Shown: positions 12,513 through 24,507 of the stretch, one piece after another
Layout: each line of letters begins with the position of its first letter
Numbering within the stretch: position 1 is the first letter of the stretch
Origin: Podarcis tiliguerta
Lineage: Eukaryota
Length of the DNA stretch: 64,000 nucleotides
NCBI GenBank assembly: GCA_965153285.1
Contig: OZ229117.1
Reading direction: 5' to 3' (one strand)
Made by a program: the position numbers and the translations under genes
Notes under the pieces: generated by a model
What the model saw: the letters and a program-made list of their open reading frames with translations, nothing else
The model's database searches: none
Told to the model about the DNA's origin: nothing

Positions 12513-13025
12513 TAATGCCCCTTTCTTGCCTGGATAGTGAGATGTATGTGCAGATATATACATGCAGAAAACTCTGATTTTTCTGTAGCTGGAATGAAGC
12601 CTGTAGTGCAAGATTATAGCTGCAGCCATTGCTCTACTCACATTTGCCTCAGGCCTTGCCTCAGGCATGTGGCCCCCAGAAGGTTGTCCAGAAGGGAATG
12701 CGGTCCTCAGGATGGAAAAGGTTTCAGGCAAGGGATTATGGGAGGGAGAAATGTTTTCTGTGGTTTTTTTAAGTGAAGGATTGTTTAATTGTGCAAGCCT
12801 GACTATGGTGCGGGGTTTTCAGCTGTCCCTTCTGGTCACCCAGCTCATCTGCCATTCTGACATCTCCCCTTCTGGGTCTGGATGCTACTATTTCAGTTAC
12901 CTGGCTTGAGAGCCCAATTTGCTCTAGATAGTAATTATGGCTGGGGAATAAAACCCAATCAGTCAATCAATTGGGCCAAACATTTAACCTCAAATCGAAT
13001 GTTTCTGGGTGAAGAAATGGACAGT

Positions 13026-13196
13026 GGAACATACAGCATAGGAAGCTGCCTTATACCAAGTCAGACCATTGATCCATCTACTTCAATATTGTCAATATTG
13101 TCCACACTGACTAGAAGTAGCTCTCCAGGGTGCCTGCAGATTGTACCTGGAAACTTTGACATGCAAGGCGGATTCTATGCCACAGAGCTTCAGCTC
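13026..13196 (-). mobile_element. Older tRNA-derived SINE with CR1-like tail (Squam2-like)
   Basis: CATAGGAAGCTGCCTTATACCAAGTCAGACCATTGATCCATCTA. Reverse complement of the family at 27722, 49820 and 52097. Confidence 0.7.
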
Positions 13197-14280
13197 TTGT
13201 CTTCTCTAGGTGGTGCCATGTGACACCAACAAGGAAAATAACCTAGCTTTTTGAACCCGTTTTTGCAAATGTCTCTTGTTTCATGTCTCAGCCAGCTGTG
13301 ACAACAGCCTCCCACTTGAGATATTACCAGGGCAATCACGAAAGACACTGGAATCATTTTTTAATGCAGGCCTCAAACTATACATAGATCCCCTTTATTA
13401 CAACCGTAACAAACATCCTGGGCATTTAGAAAGAGGATTCTTCCTACCGAATGAGCCATTTTTCTCCGACCTTATGAAACTAATTATTTTATATTCCCAA
13501 ACCGAAATGTATAATTCAATGTAATTGGCAGCTACAGTCTCACAGCACCAATAACTAGGGCTGTTATTATTTCCTCAGCTAGAACCGCAGCATGAGGGCT
13601 GGGGGAAGCAGACTACCATTCTGATGTTTAATGGCAAGCATTAAAATAAATCAAGCCAGACCCAACAATAGGTTTCCCCATAAATAATCCCTTCCCCATT
13701 CAAATTGTTTAAGTCTTGTTGGAGTTCAGCTGAGCAAGGATGGAGCCTTTTGTGGCAAGGGGAGTATAATTTACCACTTAAGAGAAAGGGCATGCCAATC
13801 AGGAAGCAGGTGGAAATGATGACTATTGGACTGAAAGAGAGCCCTGCTGCCTCAGAGCAATGCAAAAAGTCCCAAAGGCTGCAACTGTTCCTCATAAATG
13901 AGCTGCTCTATACCTTTGGTCATTTTGGTTGCCCATTTCTGGATTTTTCCCAAAACTATCCTTTTTGAGTTGAGATGAAGTGAGCCAACCAAATTTGTAC
14001 CACATGAACCACTACGCAGACCAGAATGCAGTTGCCCTTCAGATTCCTCTGGATTTTGTGGTTCTTGGCTCCACAAAAAGGGAAAACGCTTAATAAAATG
14101 TATACTTTTTATGGGGAAATGCTGAAGGTCCCCTTATGTAAAGCTGTGGTAAGATCAGGCACTTGTCTCAAAGCAGCACCAGCTGAGGAAGGAGTGGAGT
14201 CTCCAAGTCAAAGCACCATCTTCTGAAGAACAGGGGGCCACATAAGAGGAAAACTATGGAATTTGCTCCCACAAGATGTA

Positions 14281-14600
14281 CTATATTTTTCCATGTATAA
14301 GACACTGCTTTTTGCTTAAAAAGAAAAAGGCAAAAATTGGGTGTCATCTTATACACAGATAGTGAATGCAGAGGGGGGACGTTTGATTAATGGCAGCAGC
14401 AAGCAGGAGATTGGCAGCAGTGTTTGGGCGGGTGATTGGTGGCTGCGGCATGGCCTGTTGGTGATCGGACAGGTGATTGGCGTCTGCAGCAAGTGGGCGG
14501 GTGGGCTGTTGGTGGCGGCGAGCAGGCAGACAATTGGCGGCTGCAGCGAGGTGTGTGATTGGCAGTGTCTGTGGAAAGCGATCAGCAGTTGTTGGGAATT
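14281..14600. mobile_element. Tc1/mariner (pogo/Tc2-like) one-ended remnant with an internal ATTGG-rich degenerate repeat
   Basis: TA then CTATATTTTTCCATGTATAAGAC end, with the inverted internal TCTTATACAC. Flanked by CR1 3' remnants. Right TIR not found. Confidence 0.5.
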
Positions 14601-16152
14601 TCAAATGGGGAAAGTGCTGAAAAATCTTGCTTTCAGGTTTTCCATGGGCAACTGCTTGGCCAATGGCAGAGGGTGCTGGTCTAGAGAGGCTCTTCTTACA
14701 TTCTTATTTCATTTAGTAATGTTGTGGCTTATTTATAAAGTGACTTTCCTTTGTTCTTGTCCAAAGTTATCTTTAGGGCAACAAAGTCTGGGGCAAACAA
14801 AGGGGTATGTTCCCTCTGCAAGGAATTTTCCCAATCTGCAACCCATTTTCCTTGTAAAGTGCACATATGCTTTCACTCCATCCATTTGAAAGGAGCAGGT
14901 AAAAGGGACTTATGGTCAAGAAAATGGGCAGCATGATAATGATTGCCCTATCAGGCCATGTTGATCCAAGTGATGTGTCAAGAATTGAGGTTCCCTTGGG
15001 AGATTTCCAAATTAGCTGGAACCCCTAGAATCCTGCTCCACAAAGCAGCTGTCTCTGCTGCCTCTTGGGTTGGGTCAGCCCTGCCTATTGGACGCTCCCT
15101 CATCCACATTGCTACCCAATTGTTTATTCACAAGATGATGCAACTTTCCAACCTCATTATTGCAATTTGATCTATGGCTTCAATTAACTCTCCAGAGAAG
15201 TCATGTAAAACGTTCCTTTCCCTCCCTCCCTCCCCCCCCCCTAACCTGCTCAAAATTGTATTCATTTCAGCGCTGGATGCTTCCAGAGTGGCATTTCATC
15301 TGAAAAGCAAATCACAATTTGGCTCAGCAGTCATGCCAAAGAATTGCCCACTGACCTAAGCATGTCTCTCTTTGTATATGTGTGCATAACGGGGAGGGGG
15401 CACAATGTGAGCACGGACATGAATGGACCAGCTTTGAATGTATGCAGAGTCATTTATGTGGAGCATGAGAGTATGTATTAGCATTTATTTATTTCTCTGC
15501 TAGACTCTGTTTGCATTCATCCTGGCCTTTTCCTTTAATGGGCGTCTGCGCTTGTAAACAAGCAAAATGTGTTATTGAAAAGGCTGGCTTCTGCTCTTTT
15601 GCCTCCATTTGGAACAAGGGTCACAGTGTCCTTTTGCAACAGAACGGACCTTGTGGTCTGACCCAGTGGGTCTTCCATTATGGGTCAGAGTACCACGCCA
15701 TAATGGCACAGGCTGACTCTGGATTACATGGAAAATGCCAGTCAGCTTCTTATTGTCCCCTTCAATGGACACTGTTTACATGCCCAATGTAAAATTCCAG
15801 GTAGGTACAGAGATGGGTGAAAGGTGCAAGTCTTTTGTTCATAAGAGGGCTTTGGGGACTTAGTATCTGTCCCAACTTGAGCAGTGAGAGGCCATCTCTT
15901 CAGGAAAAGGAGAATAAGCAGGATGGAGTTCCAGACATTCTCCCCCTCCCCACACGCCCCTACAAAAATTCCCAATTTTTTTCTCTGGCTTAGATTAAAA
16001 TCTGAGCAGAGAAGATTTCCATGTTAAGCGTTTGAAGAGTTGATTTCAGGAAAACAGACGGGGCAAAGCCTACTCCATCCAGGGACATCTTACCCCTAGG
16101 ATCCCCCATGAGGATCAACCTAATTGCACCCCTTTGTAGCCCACACTTAGCG

Positions 16153-16186
<34 letters not shown>
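16153..16186. repeat. Compound (CT)n(AT)n microsatellite
   Basis: Directly visible. Confidence 0.95.
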
Positions 16187-16192
16187 GTAGAC

Positions 16193-16508
16193 GGGACGCA
16201 GGTGGCACTGTGGGTTAAACCACAGAGCCTAGGATGACGGGGTGAGCTCCCGTTGCTTGGCCCCAGCTCTTGCCAACCTAGCAGTTTGAAAGCATGTCAA
16301 AGTGCAAGTAGATAAATAGGTACCGCTCTGGCGGGAAAGTAAACAGTGTTTCTGTGCGCTACTCTGGTTCACCAGAAGTGGCTTAGTCATGCTGGCCACA
16401 TGACCCGGAAGCTGTACGCCAGCTCCCTCGGCCAATAAAGTGAGATGAGTGCCGCAACCCCAGAGTCGGCCACAACTGGACCTAACAGTCAGGGGTCCCT
16501 TTACCTTT
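16193..16508 (+). mobile_element. Sauria SINE subfamily A with a 35-nt deletion removing the B box
   Basis: 12-bp TSD ATATATGTAGAC at 16181-16192 and 16509-16520. ACCTTT tail. Confidence 0.93.
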
Positions 16509-16699
16509 ATATATGTAGACAGTCCTTCAACGACCTCCCTAACAAAGCTATGGAAGAATCTCTCCATTACTTACCAAGTGACTGCCTTTTAGAGCCTTAG
16601 ACTGACTCGGGGAAATAAGCAAGTTGGTCCCCCCCCCCCCTTTTCTGGTTACATGTGATGGTAGTTGCAGTCCCAATCATCTAGAAGGCACCATACTTA

Positions 16700-16790
16700 G
16701 AATAACAGAATCATAGAGCTCTAGAATTGGAAGAAACCCCAAGGGTCATCTAGTCCAACCCACTGCAATGCAGGAGTCACAGCTAAAAGC
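16700..16790 (-). mobile_element. CR1 LINE 3' terminus
   Basis: AGAATCATAG...AAGGGTCATCTAGTCCAACCCACTGCAATGCAGGA is the reverse complement of the CR1 tail at 52535-52615. Confidence 0.7.
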
Positions 16791-18438
16791 TAAAGACTTC
16801 TATACAAAGAGACAGGCTCTCTGGAGTGAACTTGGAATATTTGGAAATATATACTTGAACTGTCATTTTACAGCACATCCTTGCCCAGCCTGGTGCCATC
16901 CAGCTGTCATTGAACTACAACTCCAGCTTCAGCCAGCATGGCCAACATTTATGGATTATGGGAGTTGTAATCCAGCAACAATGGGGGGGACACACACACC
17001 AGAATAAGGAATGCTGGTATAGTGTGGGTATTCAGGGCAGTGGGAGATAGCCTTCATGCCCCTTTGCCTGCCCAACTGAACAGAATCTTCTGCTTATCCT
17101 GCTGCATCACAGCCTCACCTCCATCTCCATCCCCTAGACTCTAGAACCTTGGGTACTGGCACTTTTACAAATGCTTTATAATGTTCATTCTACACTTGCA
17201 AAGAATTAATATTTCAGTGTGCACTGTCTACACTTTGAAACTCCCTGCCTACTGATATAGGCTACAGTTCCCAGGAGTCTTTGAGGGTAGTCATGTGCTT
17301 TAAATGTGTGTTGAAATGACTCTCCCCTCCCCACCGCCAAATCCTGGGACCTGCAGTTTTCTCCTCACAGAGCTACCATTTCCAGCAACCTTAATGAACA
17401 AGAGTTCCCATAAGTTATTTGCTTTAAACATGTGATGAATGTGCTTTGAATGTATAATGTGGATCTGCCCTGAGTGGTATATAAATCCTATACATGAACA
17501 AATGAATTAAGATATATACTCCAGGTTTACAGCTGTGGTGCAATCCAAAGCCCAGTAGCCTTGTACAAGGGTCTTGCTTTCCTTGCCAATGAAAGGCCTC
17601 CCCTTCCTTTTCTGCCAGTTTATTCCTTTTCCATTTATTTCCAGGCAGCATGGTGAATGAGTCCTGCCTTCCAGAACAGACCCTGCTTTCTCCACCCACT
17701 CAATTAACATTCTCTAGTTTCTATTCTCTCATTATGGAAGAGTCAACATAGCCATGCTGAAACCAGCTGTTTGGATTCCCTTTCCCAGCTGTGCCCAGAG
17801 ATACAGGAGAAGCCTCCTTCAAATTATTGGTGATAGGGATGGGTGGTGGTGGAAGTGAATATGTTTACCCAGGGGCCGTATATGACAATCAGTCTCCACA
17901 GGCCCATTACAAAGCTATCTCCCTTGTGGCAACCTGATATATTAATATATTTCTCTTCTTCCCCCGCCCCATCCCTCATTTAATCTGCTTTTCATTTCTG
18001 CCTATTTATCTCCCAGGTGGAATCTGCAGTGACAAGCTAAATGAAGCCGCTTGTCTCTAAACACTTAAACAGAAATCACTTTTGGACTGACAAATTTCTG
18101 TGTCTGCTGGAGACCACGATTAGGAGGAAGCGACAGCGTAGCAGAACACACTTTTTGTGAATCAGGCTATTTGATGCTCCGTAAAAAATCATGGCCCCTA
18201 GAACCCAGAACATGGACTGTTATTTAACCCATTGTGACATTTGTATCATGCCTAAGACTGAGCTGAAAGTGAACATTCAGCTCAAATTTCAGTTGGAAGG
18301 AGACATAGGCGTACCTATTTTGCTTTCTTTCTTCTTGAACTGAAATTACAATTATACCTACAATCAAATGCATAGTTGTGAAAGACCTCAATAATCTTCT
18401 AGTCTAACCTCCTGCTGATCCAATAAATAAACAGATGC

Positions 18439-18985
18439 ATTATACCAAGTCAGACCACTGGTCCATCTAATTTAGTATTTAGTAATTTAGCCTATGGAGG
18501 TACGCGGGTGGCGCTGTGGGTTAAACCACAGAGCCTAGGACTTGCCGATCAGAAGGTCAGCGGTTCGGATCCCCACGACGGGGTGAGCTCCCATTGCTCA
18601 GTCCCTGCTCCTGCCAACCTAGCAGTTCGAAAGCACATCAAAAGTGCAAGTAGATAAATAGGTGAGAAGGTAAATGGCGTTTCCGTGCGCTGCTCTGGTT
18701 CGCCAGAAATGGCTTAGTCATGCTGGCCACATGACCTGGAAGCTATACACCGGCTCCCTTGGCCAATAAAGCAAGATGAGTGCTGCAAACCCAGAGTCAA
18801 CCACGACTGGACCTAGTGGTCAGGGATCCCTTTACCTTTTTAATTTAGTCTATACCGACTGGTATTGGCTCTCCTTGGGTATCGGGCAGGGACCTCTCCA
18901 ACCCATACCTAGAAATGCCAAGAATTGAAACTGGGACCCTCTGTATGCAAAACAAATGTTCTTCTATGGAGCCATGGCCCTTCCC
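18439..18985 (-). mobile_element. Squam2-like SINE split by a Sauria SINE
   Basis: Tail part at 18439-18480 and head part at 18841-18985 rejoin across the TSD. Confidence 0.7.
18496..18840 (+). mobile_element. Sauria SINE subfamily A, full length
   Basis: 13-bp TSD TAATTTAG(C/T)CTAT at 18483-18495 and 18841-18853. Confidence 0.92.
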
Positions 18986-19159
18986 CAACAGATGGTTAGA
19001 AATGACAACAGATGGTTGGAGTGGAAGGCAATTTTAAAGAAGGGTGGCTGCCCAGACTGTGTCAACTCAGCCTGCTTTCTCTTTTGGTGAAGAGTATTTT
19101 GTATCGTTTCAGAACCTTGCAATACTGGGGAGAAATTTTTGTTTGTCTCCTGCTTATAT

Positions 19160-19525
19160 GCTATGTCAATCACCTCTATCTATATGCTTGTTGACACCCT
19201 CAAAGAACTCTAATAGGTTTGTGTGACAAGACTTGCCCATGCTGGCTCTGCTTCAACAAGCCTTCTTGTTCTACATGCTTGCTTATTTTATCTTTAATAC
19301 TTTCCACCAGTTTTCATAGGACAGACATTAAATTAACTGGCCTGTGATTTCCAAACTTGGATCCTTAAAACAAAAACTGGTGTTCTCTTCATTTGGACAA
19401 GACTTCAGCTTTTTGAAGAAAACCTTCTTACCTCTAACAGCCTCTTTGACTCTGCTTATTAACCACCTAGGCATCCTCTTGGTCCTTGTGGTACCTTTCC
19501 TGATCTGCAGGATGCACCTCAACAC
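19160..19525 (-). pseudogene. CR1 ORF2 remnant (linker plus start of the reverse transcriptase domain), frameshifted and internally deleted
   Basis: Minus-strand peptides RKGTTRTKRMPRWL, GNHRPVNLMSV, LLKQSQHG and KSCHTNLLEFFEGVNKHIDRGD match CR1 ORF2 motifs. Confidence 0.8.
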
Positions 19526-21128
19526 AAGCCCCAGTTAAGTCGAGTACAGGTCCCTGTTTGGCCCATGAGGCCATTTTTTCTTATAGTTCCTTCGTCAGGG
19601 AAGCTGGCTGTCAGAGTCAACCAACTGATTGACAGTGGGAGCAAACCAAGTTCAGTGGGCTAACTGGAAGCACTGAACAGCTGCTTGGTGCTCGCAGGAA
19701 GTCCAGTGAGATTGGCTGCCCTTCAGAGTTCCTGATGGGGAACTTCACAGCACAGCCAACACCTGCCCAAAGCTACCTTGCTTTAAGTGCCAGACAGCTG
19801 ATCTGTACTGACAAAGTGGGGTTTTCTGTAAGCGCAAGTACATTTGTCCATTACTGGAATGAAAAAGCCAGCAGTGTAAAGCATGTTCTTCTGTGGGTGT
19901 AGCTTGAGCCACACCCTCAAGAGTCTTTTTGTTTTGTTTTGGTTAACCTGACATCATTGTGACATAAGGCGATTGACAGGTGGGAATTTCTATTCACTTG
20001 TCAAAAGAGCTGATGAGAACACCAGGATCCAGCTCACTTGCCAGATCCTGTTCCCCACCCAGATCTACAGCCCTGCCCTACAGCCTTCCAGAGGGGCCTT
20101 TCACACTCATGGGTGGGGGGAGCTGGAGCTAGGAAAACCCCAACACATTAGTTCAGTTTCTCTCATGTCTTCTCTGGATCCAACCCCACATATCTATTTA
20201 ATTTCAGCAAAATTCCAGTGGTCAGCTCTACGTGTAGTTTACAAGGGCATTATACTGTATGCAGTGCTTTAAAAGCCAGATAATTCTTTGCAAGTCAGCC
20301 ATAAGAGCCAGGAGTTCCCCCTGGGTTGGGGAGATAATCAAATATTAAAGTCTAAACTGAAGGGTTTAAATTTTGAAGATTTTGACTTTTTGTGAAGCTT
20401 AGCTTCACCCCTCATTTAATATGAGAGCTACTGAAGTTGGTTGTTGAATTAAAAATGAAACGGGTTTGTTAGCTGATGTACTTGTCCTAATGTGAATCAG
20501 AGCTGATCACACCACATCTGTATCTTCCCTTTACTTAATAATTTTGCCCCAGCAGAACAGAAACCACCTAATTTGGGCATAAGATGTTTGCCATGCTGAC
20601 TCTGAAGCCAAAGGATTATGCTTACTTTCTCTTCAAAGGTCTGGCCTCTCTTCCCATATGACTTGGAGTTGCCAATTAAGCCTCCCAAAGGAGCCAGAAC
20701 TGTGAACGTTATTGATTAGAGGCTTAATTGCTTATCTCTAGGAATTCCTCCTCATACCCCAGTGAAATGAACTCAAAGGGAATGCAGCGAGAAAGAGATG
20801 GATCATGAAGCGCACACCCTCTGCTCCACAGGGACCATGTTTAACAATTGTTTCCAACTGGTACAGGCTTTGCGATCACATCATCTCTTCCAACCCTCGT
20901 TGCAAATGATTTGTTGGAAGAAGTTCCAGCGTGAGCCACGTGCCAATAAGCCTTTTCCTATTTTGATCAACCAGGGAGCGATTCACAGATGACTTCTTGA
21001 TGCGCTACAGTCATTTTAAGAGGGTTTCTCTTTGTGAATGACACACCAGGGTGTCTCCATGGGGAGGCTGAAGGTTTTACCAGTTGTGGAATTTTGGTAA
21101 CATTTCGTTTATGTTAGCACCTTAATAG

Positions 21129-21340
21129 TATTTATTTAATGTATTTATATCCCCAACTTTCTCTCCAAGGAACTCATTTCACCCCCATTTAATCCCAGCA
21201 ACAACCCTGTGAGGCAGATTAGGCTGAGAGGCAGTGACTGGCTCAAGGTCACCCACTGAGCTTTATGACCATGTGGGGACTTGAACTTTGGTCTCCCAGG
21301 TCCTAATCTGACACCCTAACAGCAACACCACACTGACTCT
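21129..21340 (-). mobile_element. Older Squam3/MIR-like SINE with (TAAA)n tail
   Basis: CAACAACCCTGTGAGG...GGCTGAGAG...GTGACTGGCTCAAGGTCACCC core, shared with 22135-22320 and 24256-24507. Confidence 0.7.
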
Positions 21341-21704
21341 CTTATCAGCACCTTTCTGCACAAATTATTGCGTGAATTATTGCTCCCCTCACCAACCTAG
21401 GCATCAGGTTTCCAGTGGCTGGTTTATCGCAGTACTAAACTGAAATCTGCACCCCATTTTCAAGAAGATGGTCCATGCCTTATAAAATGAGATGCTATGT
21501 GGGGATGAGATAATGTTCATTGAACTACTGGGGGTGGATTAAGGGAGAATTAGTCTTAATTTACCTAAATGAGATGCTAATATACTTTCCCCCATAAACA
21601 AGCCTCAACTGACTGCCCTGAACAGGTACAAATCAACTTTGGAAACCTCTGCCCCTGATATGATTCCTCCTGGGTGTTGGCCCCAAATGTCCATTTATGC
21701 AAGG

Positions 21705-21826
21705 AAGGAATGGGGCACCTGCAGCCCTCCAGATGCTGGACTCCAAGTTGCACCAGTGGTTATGGTTAGAGATGCTGGGATTTGTAGTCCAGCAACATCT
21801 GGAGGGCCACAGGCACCCTACCCCTG
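21705..21826. mobile_element. Short palindromic MITE (hAT-like); related copies at 648-735, 773-880, 16880-17015, 22790-22908, 45530-45594, 49600-49698, 53248-53338 and 60068-60200
   Basis: Arms GCCCTCCAGATG / CATCTGGAGGGC form an inverted repeat. Confidence 0.7.
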
Positions 21827-22134
21827 AGGCAGGATAAGCTAAACCCTTCCCTAAACTGAAAGGTTCAATGACATTCATCTGCCCCTACCCCATCTCCAAG
21901 GGCTCCTCCACTTCAAATGACTGAAACAAAGCAGGATGTTTCAGTTTGGCATTCGTGTATTTTGGGGGGGAGGTGAAGATTTTTATTTCATTTTGTAATA
22001 TATATAGCACAGCGAGAACAATTGTAACAACAGAATAAAATGAGAAAAGGGAAGCAAACTATAAAATAGGCACGCAGAATGAGCACAGCTGCACATAGTG
22101 GCATTAATGTATTGATCTATCCTTTGCTGCTGCT

Positions 22135-22320
22135 TTTTCTACCCTGCCTTTCTTCCAAGAAGCTCAGTGTGGTGTGCATGGTTCTCCTGCACATTCTGTC
22201 CTCACAACAACACAGTGATGTAGGAGAGGCTGAGAAATAATGGCTGGCCAAGATAATCCAGTGGTTTTAGTGACTGAGTGGAGATTGAATGCAGCTCTCC
22301 TAATTCGCTACCCTGTCCAC
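22135..22320 (-). mobile_element. Older Squam3/MIR-like SINE
   Basis: Similar to 21129-21340 and 24256-24507. Confidence 0.55.
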
Positions 22321-22435
22321 TGTGTGGCAATGGTGTTATGGTGGCTGCACGAGGCTAGTCAACCTTATATAGAACCATGGACTGGAGCTCAGGCAGGGAT
22401 TCAACTTGTGTGCCCCACCACTCGAGCCTGAACAA

Positions 22436-22688
22436 AAGAAGGAAGAAGAAGAAGAGTTTGGATGTGATATCCCGCTTTATCACTACCCAGAGGAGTCTCA
22501 AAGCGGCTAACATTCTCCTTTCCCTTCCTCCCCCACAACAAACACTCTGTGAGGTGAGTGGGGCTGAGAGACTTCAGAGAAGTGTGACTGGCCCAAGGTC
22601 ACCCAGCAGCTGCATGTGGAGGAGCGGAGACGCGAACCCGGTTCCCCAGATTACGAGTCTACCGCTCTTAACCACTACACCACACTGG
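22436..22688 (-). mobile_element. Squam3-like SINE, young
   Basis: (GAA)n tail. Reverse complement of 39464-39727. CpGs largely retained. Confidence 0.85.
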
Positions 22689-23631
22689 GATGTGGGGAAC
22701 TACTACCCACATCAGCCCAAACAACTTCCTTGCATTTATAGGCCTGAGTGGGCCAGGTGATAGTGTCTAACCCAGATTTGGTTAATCATCCAGGTGCTAT
22801 TGGACAACAACTTCCATAATCTCTGACCATTAGCTGTTCTGGCTGTGGCTGATGGGTGTCACAGGCTGAAAACCACTGGAGGGCCACAGTTTAGTCACCC
22901 ATCCCTGCCCTGTCTCCTAAAAAAAACTTCCAGATTGCTGCCTGTTTGTCTAAGCAGCTAAGGGCTTACTGTTGCCTCAGACCACCAGTGGAGCCAATTC
23001 CAACTGCTACGTCCCTCACCTTGCCTCATCTCTAAAAATAATGGTGAAATTGTATTGCCCCTCCAAAAATAAAAAATAAAAAAATCCCACGCAGGATCAC
23101 ATCACAGCAAAATTCACGAGCCATTAAACTCAGCATTCAGCTTCTTTTGATTCTTTACACCAGTGGGTGTTGAACTGAGGGAGATGTGGTGGGGAAGAGA
23201 CATCAGACTCGTCCTCCTCCACTGTAAATCACCCCTATCTAGTCCAAATTGAAAAGTACAACACTAGAAACACAATGAGGCGCTTCTTTACAGTTGAGAT
23301 GGGAATATTTGCCAACTCGGCTTCTCTTGCCAGACCTCATAACTGTAATAGAGATTTTCAAGGTCCCATCTCTGCATTAATGATGAGCCCCCTCCCTTTC
23401 CTTGCAGGCTTCATTTGGTAAAGAATGAAAAGCTGTGTCAACCACTAAAAATGACTTGCATTGTAAAATATAATTTTTTAAAAATGCTTCTTTTCTGCTA
23501 TTTTATTCTGTTCTCTTGACTTAAAGCTTTCTCCCAATGTGCTCTATAACCCCCCTGTGTCTTCCCCTCCTTCTGTCTTTTTTTTTCATTCTCACGCCTC
23601 ACCATTCCCTTCACACCATTCCAGTCCTAAC

Positions 23632-23994
23632 TAGAGATGGACATAACCATCAAGTCTGGGTATCACTCGGCTTCTCATTTTTCCAAACTTCAGTTCGGTT
23701 CATCCCATTTCCACATTGGTTTAGGATTCATTTGTTTTTCATCAACTTAAAAAGATTTCATGTACATTTCTCCTGATACACACCTTTGTGCGTCCAGTTT
23801 TGCCTAATATGCAATCTTTACAAATTTCCCTTAATATATCTATTCCCCCACTTTTTTCTTTTTGGAGAACTCTGTCACAAAATTTGGACAATTATAACTT
23901 TCCAAGGTTTTCTGCAATTCAGCTTACTCATTGGTGTGAATTAGGTAGGTTCACATTAAAATGAGAACAGAATAAAATCTATCCTTCATCTCTG
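23632..23994 (-). mobile_element. Non-autonomous DNA element, TAGGGATG family
   Basis: Ends TAGAGATGG...CATCTCTG. Reverse complement of 25667-26073. Confidence 0.6.
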
Positions 23995-24255
23995 CTACTA
24001 GTCCAGTTCTGTTTTTCCTTTGGCGGAGTGAGGGATGTTGTGCAAATGAAGCCACCCGCATATAAAATACCCAACCTTAACCCAGACTTGAAGAATGCCA
24101 GACCTTGTACAATCAAGCCTATTGCACATGTGATGGGCAGCATTATACTGCTTGACTTTTAAATAATGAGGAGCAACTTGCCATTATGTCGATTTCAAAT
24201 GCCACCAATAGAATGATTCACAAATGGCAAAAGTCACATTCTAGTTTCAGCAAAA

Positions 24256-24507
24256 TTTTATTTTTTTGTTTTTTTTTTTTTGTTTTTTTTTATTTTGTTG
24301 CATTCATATAGCACCTTTTTCTTCCAAGGAGCTCAAGGTGGTGGACATGGTTCTCCTCCTCCCCATTTCATCCTCACCACAACCCTGTGGTTAGGCTAAG
24401 AGATGATGACTGGCAAAAGTTCACCCAGTGAAGTTCATGGCTGAGTAGGGATTTGAACCCTGGTCTCCCAAGTCCTAGTTCAATACTCCAACCATTGCAC
24501 CACACTG
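24256..24507 (-). mobile_element. Older Squam3/MIR-like SINE with T-rich (poly-A) tail
   Basis: T-rich tract at 24256-24297, then the core CACAACCCTGTGG...GGATTTGAACCCTGGTCTCCC...CACCACACTG. Confidence 0.7.

Noticed and set aside
14341-14889. 182-aa ORF
   Set aside because: It spans a stop-poor G-rich transposon repeat and CR1 remnant, with no recognisable domain.
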